This document shows, piece by piece, positions 8,955-18,295 of a stretch of DNA of 64,000 bases. Below the pieces are notes generated by a model, which saw only the letters and a program-made list of their open reading frames with translations, was not told where the DNA came from and ran no database searches. Positions within the stretch are counted from its first letter, which is position 1. Every line of letters begins with the position of its first letter. A program made the position numbers and the translations under genes. Source of the DNA: Thermoproteota archaeon (GTDB lineage Archaea; Thermoproteota; Thermoprotei; Gearchaeales; Gearchaeaceae); NCBI GenBank assembly GCA_032249235.1, contig JAVVGF010000004.1:64001-128000 (forward strand). The letters run 5' to 3'.

Positions 8955-10612
8955 TGCCAACGATAATCCTAGATAAGAAAAGGATTTTCAGAAGCTTAAA
9001 TAAGGAATTATCTTTAGAAGAATTAGAAAGGTTACTAGAATATCTTAAATGTGAAATTAAAGAAGAAAAAGAAGACGAGCTAATATGTGAAATAACAACA
9101 GACAGAGCAGATTGTTTCACTACTGAAGGAATTATAAGAGCATTAAAAGGTATTCTTGGAATGGAAAAAGGATTAATAAAATTCGATTTCTTCGATGATG
9201 AATTCGAGGTCTATATAGATGAAAATGTTTCAAATGTAAGGCCTTATGTAGTTATGGCAACTGTGAGAGGAGTAAAACTCGATGTTAGAGCATTAGAAAG
9301 CATAATAAGATTTCAAGAAGTACTACATGAAACTTTAGGTAGAAATAGAAGAAAGGCTTCGATTGGAATTTATGACATTTCAAAGCTCGATAAAAAAATA
9401 TATTACAAATGCCTCCCTTTGGATGAGATAAAATTCAGACCCCTTGATAAAGATGAGTTGATGAATGGATATAGAATATTGAATGAAACAGAAAAAGGAA
9501 TACAATATAAACATTTAATACCTGAAAAAAAGGCACCCGTATTGATTGATTCAAAAGGGACTTTTTTGAGCCTAGCGCCGATAATAAATTCCCAAGATGC
9601 TAAAGTAACAGTAAGAACAACTGATATATTAATAGATTCTACAGGCTTTGATATCAATTTCATAACTTCAATAGTATCTTTAATGGCTTATGCAATTAGC
9701 TTTTATGGAGGAAAGATAGGTTTACTTAATCATCATTATCCTAACAAGTCTTTCAAAATAAGCTTCAAAAATAGAAATTTGGTTTTGGAGAAAAATTATG
9801 TAGAAGATATATTAGGTTTTTCAATAAACGATTATGAGCTTGAAGATATTTTGTTAAGAGCAAGATATGGAATTGAAAAGAAGGATAATAAATATAATGT
9901 CGAAGTACCTTTTTACAGATTAGATGTTCTAAATAGCATAGATATAATAGAAGATATAGCAATAATAAAAGGATATAGCAACATAGAATTGAAAAGTCCT
10001 ATCCTTGAAACTAGAAGTAAAATAAGCAATAAAAGTATAATAGCTAGAACTTTCAGAGAAATATTCAATGGTTTCGGTTTCCAAGAAGTTACCAATTATA
10101 TGATTTGTAATAGTGAAACTCAAACAGAAAAAGTAATGTTGAATAAAGAAGAAATTGGTCTCATTCTTCTTGTAAATCCAATTAGTAAAGAATATGATTG
10201 CATTAGAGCAAATATATTCCCTTGTCTTTTAGATTTCTTATATTATAACAGGAGTTATTCTTATCCTCAGAAAATATATGAAATAGGAGATGTAATCTAT
10301 TATAAAAGTAATTCAATTCATACAGATTTCAGATTTTCTTCTTTAATAATACATAATGATGCAAGCTTTGAAGAAATGCATAGTTTCTTATATAGTTCAT
10401 TTAAAGTCTTGAATTTAGATTTCAGATTAAGAGGAAATGATTTACCTTTCTTACTAAATGGAAGGAGGGCAGACATAATAGTTGGTGATGAAAATATAGG
10501 ATGGATTGGAGAAATTAATCCAGAAATTTCTATAGGTTTTTCTTTATACCAACCAATTGTAGCTTGTGAATTAAGCTTAAGTAAAATCTTAAAATTTATT
10601 TTTAATAAATAA
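8954..10612 (+). CDS. pheT: Phenylalanyl-tRNA synthetase beta subunit
   Basis: MPTI start, LHETLGRNRRKASIGIYD, PIINS, DIIEDIAI; follows pheS. Confidence 0.97.
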   Translation: MPTIILDKKRIFRSLNKELSLEELERLLEYLKCEIKEEKEDELICEITTDRADCFTTEGIIRALKGILGMEKGLIKFDFFDDEFEVYIDENVSNVRPYVVMATVRGVKLDVRALESIIRFQEVLHETLGRNRRKASIGIYDISKLDKKIYYKCLPLDEIKFRPLDKDELMNGYRILNETEKGIQYKHLIPEKKAPVLIDSKGTFLSLAPIINSQDAKVTVRTTDILIDSTGFDINFITSIVSLMAYAISFYGGKIGLLNHHYPNKSFKISFKNRNLVLEKNYVEDILGFSINDYELEDILLRARYGIEKKDNKYNVEVPFYRLDVLNSIDIIEDIAIIKGYSNIELKSPILETRSKISNKSIIARTFREIFNGFGFQEVTNYMICNSETQTEKVMLNKEEIGLILLVNPISKEYDCIRANIFPCLLDFLYYNRSYSYPQKIYEIGDVIYYKSNSIHTDFRFSSLIIHNDASFEEMHSFLYSSFKVLNLDFRLRGNDLPFLLNGRRADIIVGDENIGWIGEINPEISIGFSLYQPIVACELSLSKILKFIFNK

Positions 10613-10615
10613 TCT

Positions 10616-10713
10616 TGGGGGTGCATCCTTATTGAGAGAGCTATAACGAATGGGTGAATACCCTTGATGAGTTATAGTGTTGTTAATAAGGATCAGGGTG
10701 CACCCCCACCACA
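10616..10713 (+). ncRNA. Structured K-turn-containing RNA (H/ACA-guide-like candidate)
   Basis: Nested stems UGGGGGUGCA/UGCACCCCCA, UCCUUAUU/AAUAAGGA, CUAUAAC/GUUAUAG and GGG/CCC. Tandem GA/GA plus a 3-nt bulge (UUGAUGA) fits a K-turn. ACA at 10711-13. Confidence 0.65.
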
Positions 10714-10760
10714 GGATAATTTAATATTCTTCTTAGAAGATTTTAACAAGGTGAATTTAA

Positions 10761-11924
10761 ATGGGTGGTCCTCCTGTTAATGCTAAATATATATTAATAG
10801 CTAGATTTGAAGTTGATGGCGTAGTAGAAAAATCAGACATTATAGGTGCTCTATTCGGACAAACTGAAGGATTGCTAGGAGATGAGCTAGAACTTAGAGA
10901 GTTGCAGAAAATAGGAAAAGTTGGAAGAATTGATGTAGAATACGAAATAAAAGGAGGAAGAACAGTAGGAACAATAATAGTACCAACGAACTTGGATAAG
11001 CCAGAAGTAGCTTTGATTGCAGCTGCTATAGAAACGGTGGATAAAGTAGGTCCTAATTCAGCAAAAATTGAATTGAAAGAAATAAAGGATGCTAGAGAAG
11101 AAAAAAGGAGCAGAATTTTAGAAAGAGCAAAAGAAATATTGTTGAAATGGAAAGAAAGCAAAAGTGTTGAATCTTCTGATTTGATAAAAGCTCTTACAGA
11201 GGCAATTAAAGTATCGCAGATAATAAGCTACGGTCCTGAAAAACTTCCTGCAGGTCCTGATATAGACAACTCTCAGGAAATTATAATTGTTGAAGGAAGA
11301 GCAGATGTGGTAAATTTACTAAAACATGGATATAGGAATGTTATAGCATTGGATGGTTCTAAAATACCTCAGACTATAATAAATCTTTCGAAGAATAAAA
11401 GGACAATAGCTTTCTTAGACGGTGATAGAGCTGGAGATTTAATATTGAAGGAATTGCTGAGTGTAGCAAAAATAGATTATGTAGCAAGGGCTCCATTTGG
11501 TAAGGAAGTAGAAGAATTGAGCGGTAAAGAGATAGCTGCTGCATTAAATGATAAAAGACCTGCTTCAGATTATATTACTAGTTTAAAACAAGAACAGAAA
11601 ATTCCTAAGCTTCAGCAAGTAAGCGAGCTTATTAAATCAGTTATAGGGACGATGGAGGCCTTAATTCTTGATAACGATTATAAAATTATAGAGCGCATAC
11701 CGCTTAAGGACGTAATAGATAAAATATCCCAAATGGAATCTTTTGGGGCATTAATATTAGATGGCATAATAACGCAAAGATTGATAGATTTGTGCAAGGA
11801 GAGAAAAGTCAGCGCTATATACGGTTATAAAATAGGAAACATTACTAATATACCTCAAGATCTATCAATATTCTTATTTGATGATCAAGGGAATATAAAG
11901 AGATATGAAATTCGAACTCAATGA
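10761..11924 (+). CDS. dnaG: Archaeal DnaG (TOPRIM; exosome-associated)
   Basis: GVVEKSDIIGALFGQTEGLLG, IIVEGRADV, FLDGDRAG. Confidence 0.97.
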   Translation: MGGPPVNAKYILIARFEVDGVVEKSDIIGALFGQTEGLLGDELELRELQKIGKVGRIDVEYEIKGGRTVGTIIVPTNLDKPEVALIAAAIETVDKVGPNSAKIELKEIKDAREEKRSRILERAKEILLKWKESKSVESSDLIKALTEAIKVSQIISYGPEKLPAGPDIDNSQEIIIVEGRADVVNLLKHGYRNVIALDGSKIPQTIINLSKNKRTIAFLDGDRAGDLILKELLSVAKIDYVARAPFGKEVEELSGKEIAAALNDKRPASDYITSLKQEQKIPKLQQVSELIKSVIGTMEALILDNDYKIIERIPLKDVIDKISQMESFGALILDGIITQRLIDLCKERKVSAIYGYKIGNITNIPQDLSIFLFDDQGNIKRYEIRTQ

Positions 11925-12954
11925 AAAAGAAAAAGAAGCTAAAATCACTATTCAAAGCTATGATGATTTGTTTTATTTGTATTTATTAATAGAGGAAGGT
12001 GACGAGTTATATGGTTGGAGCTATAGGAATAAAAAGATATATTCAAAGGAAGGAAAAGCTGAGAGAGCAGAAAAAGAACGCGTTTATCTAGGAATAAGCG
12101 TTGAAAAAGCATATTTCCATCCAAGTTTGACAGGATTAAAAGTAATAGGTAGCATAATATATAGACCTGAAAATTTTGAAGCGAGTGGTCATCATTCATT
12201 TTTGATTAATATAGGAGATACGATAAAACTGAAAAAAGAAGACTGGTCTTCAGCACTGATACAATCTATAATAAAAGAAATTAGAGAAACGTATCCTAAA
12301 TCAATCATAATATCTGTTGATTATGGAAACATTGCTATTGCTTTGTTGCACAATCAGCGCTTTCAAATAATTTATTCTGAAGAAAAAAGTCTAGGAGGAA
12401 AAAGAGAAATTTCTAAAAGAGATGAACAACTAGAAACTTTTTTAAAAGTTTGCATTGATAATGCTTTAGAAATAATATCGAAGACAAATCCTGAGCTAAT
12501 AATATTATATGGTCCTTCAAATCTCAAAGATATCATTTATGAAAGGATTAAAAAGATTGAAAGAAATATTTTCAGAGTTAGTGGTTCGATTGGAGGAATT
12601 GAAGGGATATATGAAGCATTGAGAAATGAAGAAGTATTGAAGATTTTAACTGTTTTCGGTCATGAAGAAAGCATGCTAACTTTAGAACCATTGCTTAGCA
12701 AGGCAGAAAAAATAGCGATGGGAATCAAAGAAGTTAAAGAAGCTGCTTCATTAAAAGCTATAGATAAACTTTTCATATCTACAAAATTATTGAAAAATGT
12801 TAGCAAAGAAGAATTGAATGAAATAAAGAAAATTTCTGAGCAAGTCAAAATATATGGAGGTTCAATAAGCATAGTAGATGAAGAAAGCGAGGCTGGTAAA
12901 ACTTTAGAAAAACTTGGAAACATTATAGCTTTATTAAGATTTAACTTATATTAG
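11905..12954 (+). CDS. pelA: mRNA surveillance protein Pelota/Dom34
   Basis: DDLFYLYLLIEEGD, GHHSFLINIGD, GIEGIYEAL, LGNIIALLRF. Confidence 0.9.
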   Translation: MKFELNEKEKEAKITIQSYDDLFYLYLLIEEGDELYGWSYRNKKIYSKEGKAERAEKERVYLGISVEKAYFHPSLTGLKVIGSIIYRPENFEASGHHSFLINIGDTIKLKKEDWSSALIQSIIKEIRETYPKSIIISVDYGNIAIALLHNQRFQIIYSEEKSLGGKREISKRDEQLETFLKVCIDNALEIISKTNPELIILYGPSNLKDIIYERIKKIERNIFRVSGSIGGIEGIYEALRNEEVLKILTVFGHEESMLTLEPLLSKAEKIAMGIKEVKEAASLKAIDKLFISTKLLKNVSKEELNEIKKISEQVKIYGGSISIVDEESEAGKTLEKLGNIIALLRFNLY

Positions 12955-12956
12955 TT

Positions 12957-14159
12957 ATGTCTCTAATTGATATTTTACTTCTTTTATTTTTAGCTTGGAT
13001 TTTTTTATTTTTAATTTTTTCATTAATAAAAAATACAAATTTTGGAAAGAAAATTTCAGAAAATATAGAAATACAACCTTTAGTTTTTCTTTTAAAGACT
13101 GCTAGATTTAATAAATTTATTCTGAATTCAGGAAAGAAGAGATCAAAATTTTATCGAATAGTCGGAGAGTTATCGATAATTTATGGTATTGCTTTGATGA
13201 TTTATGCTTTATTTTTCTTAATGAAGAATTTGATCAATCTTTTATTTCCTTCCCAAAGCATTGCATTAGGAGAAGCTTCACCAATAATTCCAATAATATT
13301 TGGAATCACTTTTACTCCTCCTTTAGATCAACTCATAATAATTTTAATCGTCATCGCAATAGCTGCAGTTTTCCATGAACTTTTCCATGGTTTCTTAGCT
13401 TCTAGCCATGAAATGAAAATAAAATCAACAGGTGCAGGATTGTTTTTCATGATTCCTATAGCGTTTGTAGAATTAGATGATGAGTCTTTGAAAAACACTG
13501 CTCCAAGAAAGAAGCTTAGAATGTTAGGTGCAGGTTCGTTCATCAATTTAATACAGGCTATGATCTTTTTAGTTCTCTTTCTATCTTATCCTTTAGCTAT
13601 TTCTTGGGGTTACAATTATGAGTCAAGTGGTGTTTTGATTTATTCAATAACTCCTAATTCTCCAGCATCTATAGCTGGTCTTGCTATAGGAGATGCAATA
13701 ATAGCTTTAAATCATACACAAATAAAGAATTATCAAGATTTCTCATCATATCTCGAGAAGACCAAACCTAACCAAACGTTGATTATAACTGTCGAAAGGA
13801 ATTTGAAATCATTCAATATAACAATAAAGCTTGCACAGCATCCTTATTATAAAGATAGAGGTTTCATAGGAGTTTCTACATTAGATTATCATAGACCTTA
13901 TTTTGCTCTATTTCCTCAAATTTTGCAATATTGGGCTTATTTGTTTTTTGCATGGGGATTTGTAATATGTTTTAGCTTAGCAGTCTTCAACATGTTACCC
14001 ATTCCTCTTTTCGACGGTGATAAATTCCTTGCTGAGATTTTAAGCATCATTAAGAATAAAGATGTTCGAATCATAACTCATAATACTTTAAGAGCTTTAT
14101 CTATAATGCTTCTTCTTTTAAATATATATTTTAGTTTGATCAGATTTGGTTTTGTCTAA
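12957..14159 (+). CDS. Site-2 (M50) membrane metalloprotease with PDZ domain
   Basis: HELFH (HExxH), NMLPIPLFDG, PDZ-like SPASIAGLAIGDAIIALN. Confidence 0.93.
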   Translation: MSLIDILLLLFLAWIFLFLIFSLIKNTNFGKKISENIEIQPLVFLLKTARFNKFILNSGKKRSKFYRIVGELSIIYGIALMIYALFFLMKNLINLLFPSQSIALGEASPIIPIIFGITFTPPLDQLIIILIVIAIAAVFHELFHGFLASSHEMKIKSTGAGLFFMIPIAFVELDDESLKNTAPRKKLRMLGAGSFINLIQAMIFLVLFLSYPLAISWGYNYESSGVLIYSITPNSPASIAGLAIGDAIIALNHTQIKNYQDFSSYLEKTKPNQTLIITVERNLKSFNITIKLAQHPYYKDRGFIGVSTLDYHRPYFALFPQILQYWAYLFFAWGFVICFSLAVFNMLPIPLFDGDKFLAEILSIIKNKDVRIITHNTLRALSIMLLLLNIYFSLIRFGFV

Positions 14160-15091
14160 TGAAGTGCAATTATTGCGATAACGAGGTATTTTATGTTAGA
14201 AGGTATTCAGGAGAGAAGCTATGCCAGAAGCATTTCATAGAAACTTTCATCGATAAAGTAGCTAAAACAATATCTGAAAATAGATTACTTACTTGGAATG
14301 ATTCTATAATGGTTGCAGTTTCAGGAGGTAAAGATAGCTTGACAGCTCTTCATGTTTTAAGTATAATTGAAAAAGATTTTCCTTCAACGAAGCTTTTCGC
14401 TGTAACAATAGATGAAGGAATTAGCGGTTATACAGAATTTAGGGTAAAGCATACAAGAGAATTATGCGAAAAGCTTGGAATTCCTTATTATGTTTTCAGA
14501 TATGAAGATTTCTATGGCTATAGGCTTGAAGAAATCGTGAAAATAGCTAAAGAAAAAGGAAGTAAGCTTGAACCTTGTTCTTATTGTGGTGTTCTTAGAA
14601 GGAAATTATTAAACATTGCAGCAAAGAAATTAAATGCTACAAAAGTTGTGACTGGGCATAATTTAGATGATGAAGTTCAAACATTCATGATTAACATGCT
14701 AAGAGGAGATCTGGATAGAATAATAAGAGGGTTTGCTCCAGTAATTCCAAAGGAAGGCTTTGTTCCTCGAATTAAGCCATTGAAATATATTTATGAAGAA
14801 GAAATCATGATTTATGCTACTTTGCATGATTTTCCTTTATTCGAAACAGAATGTAGATTTGTAAAATTATCCATGAGGGATTCAATTAGGAAAATATTGA
14901 ATGAGTTGGAAGCTGAAAATCCAGGCGCTAAATATATGATGTTGATCACTGCAGAAAAGATTGCCAAGAGTTTCATCGAAACGAAAAAAGATTTCAAGTT
15001 GAACTATTGTAAAAGTTGCGGCGAACCTACTTCGCAAGAATTATGCAGAGCTTGTTCACTTTTAGAAGAAATAGGAATAGTTATGCAATAA
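14159..15091 (+). CDS. tRNA 2-thiolation protein, NcsA/TtuA/Ctu1 family
   Basis: N- and C-terminal Zn fingers, PP-loop AVSGGKDS, CSYCGVLRR, TGHNLDD. Confidence 0.92.
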   Translation: MKCNYCDNEVFYVRRYSGEKLCQKHFIETFIDKVAKTISENRLLTWNDSIMVAVSGGKDSLTALHVLSIIEKDFPSTKLFAVTIDEGISGYTEFRVKHTRELCEKLGIPYYVFRYEDFYGYRLEEIVKIAKEKGSKLEPCSYCGVLRRKLLNIAAKKLNATKVVTGHNLDDEVQTFMINMLRGDLDRIIRGFAPVIPKEGFVPRIKPLKYIYEEEIMIYATLHDFPLFETECRFVKLSMRDSIRKILNELEAENPGAKYMMLITAEKIAKSFIETKKDFKLNYCKSCGEPTSQELCRACSLLEEIGIVMQ

Positions 15092-15408
15092 GCGGCGGTG
15101 CCCGCATGTAAACCCATACTAGGAATATAGAGCTATATGCACTTCCATTCAAGCCTGTTACCTACGAACGTCGCCACTCTTTATTAGAGCCGCTCCCTTC
15201 CGGGCCTAACTCGGTTCTAAAGATTAGCCTCTTAACCCTTCCCTCCGGAAGGGCTACGAGGCTATGGCGACCCCGTAGGGCAGGCTTTCATTACTTCCGT
15301 GCATATAGCTCTATATTCCTAGTATGAGCTTACATGCGTTACTGGCCGTGCCATATCGACCGTTTGCATTTGAGGGAGGCCGAGCCCCTCCGGCCCTACC
15401 ACCGCCGC
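15092..15408 (-). ncRNA. ffs: Signal recognition particle (7S) RNA
   Basis: Terminal helix GCGGCGGUG/CACCGCCGC, Alu-like 5' domain, helix 8 AGGCCCGGAAGGGAGC with GGAA tetraloop, about 317 nt. Confidence 0.95.
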
Positions 15409-15686
15409 AAATATATTATTGTTAATTGTGAGATTTATTTTTTGTGCTATGGATTCAAAATCTTCTATTGTTGCCAAATAAAAATTCAAAATACTACAAA
15501 GATCTTAAACAAATCATCTCTTCTTCATCTTATATGTAATAAATTAATAGTGGAATCATGAATAAGACTTTTGTCGCTTTTGTTTTATATTAGAGTGAAA
15601 ATTCTTTCCTATATGCTATTTTATATCGAATAGAAGCGCAATGTTTATATAGAATTAAATTTAAATAATAGAACTTTGTTTTTTCT

Positions 15687-15824
15687 GTGAAACGTGAAAT
15701 TTCGCTAATGATCGTTACTTCATTAATATTAATTGCATATAGCAGCATTGTTACCTTAAGAACGCTTAGCATATGGCCTGACGTATCATTACCTACTTGC
15801 GATTCTGGCTCAAGGTGTTATTAA
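15687..15824 (+). CDS. Putative 45-aa secreted/membrane peptide or truncated exported-protein remnant
   Basis: GTG start, MKREISLMIVTSLILIAYSSIVTLRTLSIWPDVSLPTCDSGSRCY; basic plus hydrophobic N-terminus; stop 1 nt before the next ATG. Confidence 0.45.
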   Translation: MKREISLMIVTSLILIAYSSIVTLRTLSIWPDVSLPTCDSGSRCY

Positions 15825-15825
15825 G

Positions 15826-16983
15826 ATGAGAACATTAATAGTTTTGTTCTTGTTTTTTATAATTTTTACATCTTCGATAGTTCCAATTAGTGTTAAGGCT
15901 TCTAATAATATAACCGTTGAAATAAAAGTCGATATCATAAAAAGACATCCAGATCTAATAATTACAGGTTGCAATGAGACGTATGTTTACTGGGAATACA
16001 ATTTTAGAAAACTTGATCCCCCAGTGCCTGTTAGAGGACCTGCAAATGAGACGAGATATCAAAGCGAATTACGAGGTGATTATCTTTCAGAAACGTTTTT
16101 TATAATTAACGCATTGGAAGCAAAATATGACGTAAAAGATGTTCGTTGGTTTACTATTTCAGAGTTTCTTGATGGCGCCGCAGTGGAAATAGAGAAATAT
16201 GAAAAGAGATTAATCGAGGAAAAGGGAAATTTAGGGATATTTAGATTTTCTGTGCTGGGCGATTTTGAGAAAATGATCATAATGATTTTTATGTATAAAA
16301 TAACACCTGAAAAAGTGAATATTGTAGCAAATTACCTTAGACCGTTTACTAACTTTTTAAAATCTTATATCGAAGATTTCAAATATTATATAAAAGAATT
16401 AAATAATGATCTTGAAAAACATAATATAAATTTTAGATATAATGTAGAATTCAAAGATAAATATGATGTGATAGTTGCATTTGTTGAGGATTATGCATCT
16501 CAATATACCGAAGACTATACTCATTTTCCTTTATTCCTTAAGCAATCTAAAGCTGTAGAGCGCTTCTATTTGAAACAATTGCCGAATGGATCTTTTATTG
16601 ATGGAGATGGATATAAGAAATATTTGGAATTACTTAAAGAATATTACGGTCTTGAGTTATCAACTTATATTAATCGGTTCGGTTATGGCGAAGTTATTTT
16701 ACCAATTCCTACTAATGCCACCTATAATGAAGAGTTCGTAAGGAAAGCAGTTTCTATAATAAGAGAATATGCAGGATGTGAAGTTCCTTTAGTAGCGAAT
16801 TTTGTAGATTACCGTGACGTAACAAGTCTTATCACTCTAGCGCCTGCACCTAATCCTAGAGGAGATTCTCAACGTTTTCTATCCTTATCTATTAACGAGC
16901 TAATACTGTTATTTGCAATAATACCAACTGCAATTTTATTGCCTTTGATTTTAATTGCAAGAAAAGGTAAGAGTAATAAATAA
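15826..16983 (+). CDS. Hypothetical cell-surface protein (signal peptide, C-terminal TM anchor)
   Basis: MRTLIVLFLFFIIF...VKA signal, several NxT sequons, C-terminal hydrophobic helix with basic tail. Confidence 0.8.
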   Translation: MRTLIVLFLFFIIFTSSIVPISVKASNNITVEIKVDIIKRHPDLIITGCNETYVYWEYNFRKLDPPVPVRGPANETRYQSELRGDYLSETFFIINALEAKYDVKDVRWFTISEFLDGAAVEIEKYEKRLIEEKGNLGIFRFSVLGDFEKMIIMIFMYKITPEKVNIVANYLRPFTNFLKSYIEDFKYYIKELNNDLEKHNINFRYNVEFKDKYDVIVAFVEDYASQYTEDYTHFPLFLKQSKAVERFYLKQLPNGSFIDGDGYKKYLELLKEYYGLELSTYINRFGYGEVILPIPTNATYNEEFVRKAVSIIREYAGCEVPLVANFVDYRDVTSLITLAPAPNPRGDSQRFLSLSINELILLFAIIPTAILLPLILIARKGKSNK

Positions 16984-17184
16984 AACGATAAATTCTTTTG
17001 TATTGATGGTCTGAAAACAAGTAATTTTCATAGATAGATTAAGAAGTATTATCAAAACAAATTAAGAAAGCTTTAATAAATTTGCCAAAAAATGATGATT
17101 CTTTTTCTTGCACATTGATCAAGCTCGATCAAATAATAGAAGTTTTTAAATTCATTTGAAGCGAGTATTCAATTTATCAAATTA

Positions 17185-17268
17185 CGCCGGGAGTGGGATT
17201 TGAACCCACGAGGGCAAACGCCCACAGGCTTAGCAAGCCTGCGCCTTACCTGGCTAGGCTATCCCGGC
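17185..17268 (-). tRNA. tRNA-Ser(GCU)
   Basis: Same body as the tRNA at 5589-5672; anticodon loop UUGCUAA. Confidence 0.97.
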
Positions 17269-17296
17269 TTTTATTTAATCAATAAAATTATAGGAT

Positions 17297-18283
17297 ATGG
17301 TGATATATAATTACGTTAGTGCAGGGTTAATTTCTTATGATGAGATCATTTTGAATTCTCAGAATTACAAAATTTTTGGAGGTTCTGTAATTTATTCTTC
17401 AATTCAAGCATCTTTACTAGGATGCCGAGTTGGTTTGATATCTGCAATAGGAGAAAAAGATGAGGATGAATTATTGAGGTTGCTTAAGAATTACAATGTA
17501 GAAATAATTAAGCTAGGTGTATATCAAGGAGAAACACTATCTTTTGTTAATGAATACATAGGTAACGATAGAATGCAAAAAGTCAAGAATCATCCAAAAT
17601 TGACTATAAAATTCAACATTGGAGACTTTGAAGCAGAATGTTTCCATCTCGGTCCTATAATAAATGAATTCAGCTTTGAAGAAATAGAAAAAGCCAGGAA
17701 AATATCTAAGTATCTTGCATTAGATATTCAAGGATTTTGCAGAACTATTGAATCTTCACTAATAAAGAAGAGGAAAATTGAAGATATTTCTTTTTTGAAA
17801 TTCATCGATATTTTAAAATGCGATTTAGATGAGCTTTATTGTTTATCTAATAATAACGATCCGAAACAAATAATAGAGGAAATTCTCGATGAAGACTGTA
17901 AAATTTTACTGCTAACACTTGGAGATAAAGGTAGCGTTATCATATCTAAACATAAAACTTATTATATTCCTGCTCATATACCAGAGAAACAAGTTGATCC
18001 TACAGGTGCAGGAGATGTTTATTTAACTTCATTTTTAATAAGTTATTCGAGAAGCCACGATCTTGAATATGCAGGATTGTTCGCTTCAAGCGCTTCTTCT
18101 TTTGTTTTGGAAGATATTGGCTATAAAGGTATTTCGAATAAACAAAAAATAGAAGAAAGAATGAGAAAGCAGAAACTAAAAGCAAGAGAAATAGAATTCG
18201 ATGAAATTCCCTTTTATAAATGGGCCGGCCCGGATTTGAACCGGGGACCTTCGCCTCGTAAGGGCGACATCCTACCAGGCTAG
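17297..18283 (+). CDS. PfkB/ribokinase-family carbohydrate kinase
   Basis: FGGSVIY, LTLGDKGS, DPTGAGDVY. The 3' end runs antisense into tRNA-Val. Confidence 0.9.
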   Translation: MVIYNYVSAGLISYDEIILNSQNYKIFGGSVIYSSIQASLLGCRVGLISAIGEKDEDELLRLLKNYNVEIIKLGVYQGETLSFVNEYIGNDRMQKVKNHPKLTIKFNIGDFEAECFHLGPIINEFSFEEIEKARKISKYLALDIQGFCRTIESSLIKKRKIEDISFLKFIDILKCDLDELYCLSNNNDPKQIIEEILDEDCKILLLTLGDKGSVIISKHKTYYIPAHIPEKQVDPTGAGDVYLTSFLISYSRSHDLEYAGLFASSASSFVLEDIGYKGISNKQKIEERMRKQKLKAREIEFDEIPFYKWAGPDLNRGPSPRKGDILPG

Positions 18284-18294
18284 ACTACCGGCCC
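18221..18294 (-). tRNA. tRNA-Val(UAC)
   Basis: GGGCCGG acceptor, UCGCC-CUUACGA-GGCGA anticodon arm, GUUCAAAUC. Confidence 0.97.
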
Positions 18295-18295
18295 A

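Noticed and set aside
10617-10711. tRNA or tRNA-Sec suggested by the GGGGGUG/CACCCCC-ACCA ends
   Set aside because: No T-loop, D-arm or anticodon arm; it folds as a rod. An attempted BHB fit was also poor.
15334-15561. 75-aa ORF on the plus strand
   Set aside because: Antisense to the SRP RNA 5' domain and its promoter; composition is not protein-like.
15409-17184. Integrated element with att duplication at tRNA-Ser(GCU)
   Set aside because: No partial tRNA repeat or integrase found; only an islet can be claimed.
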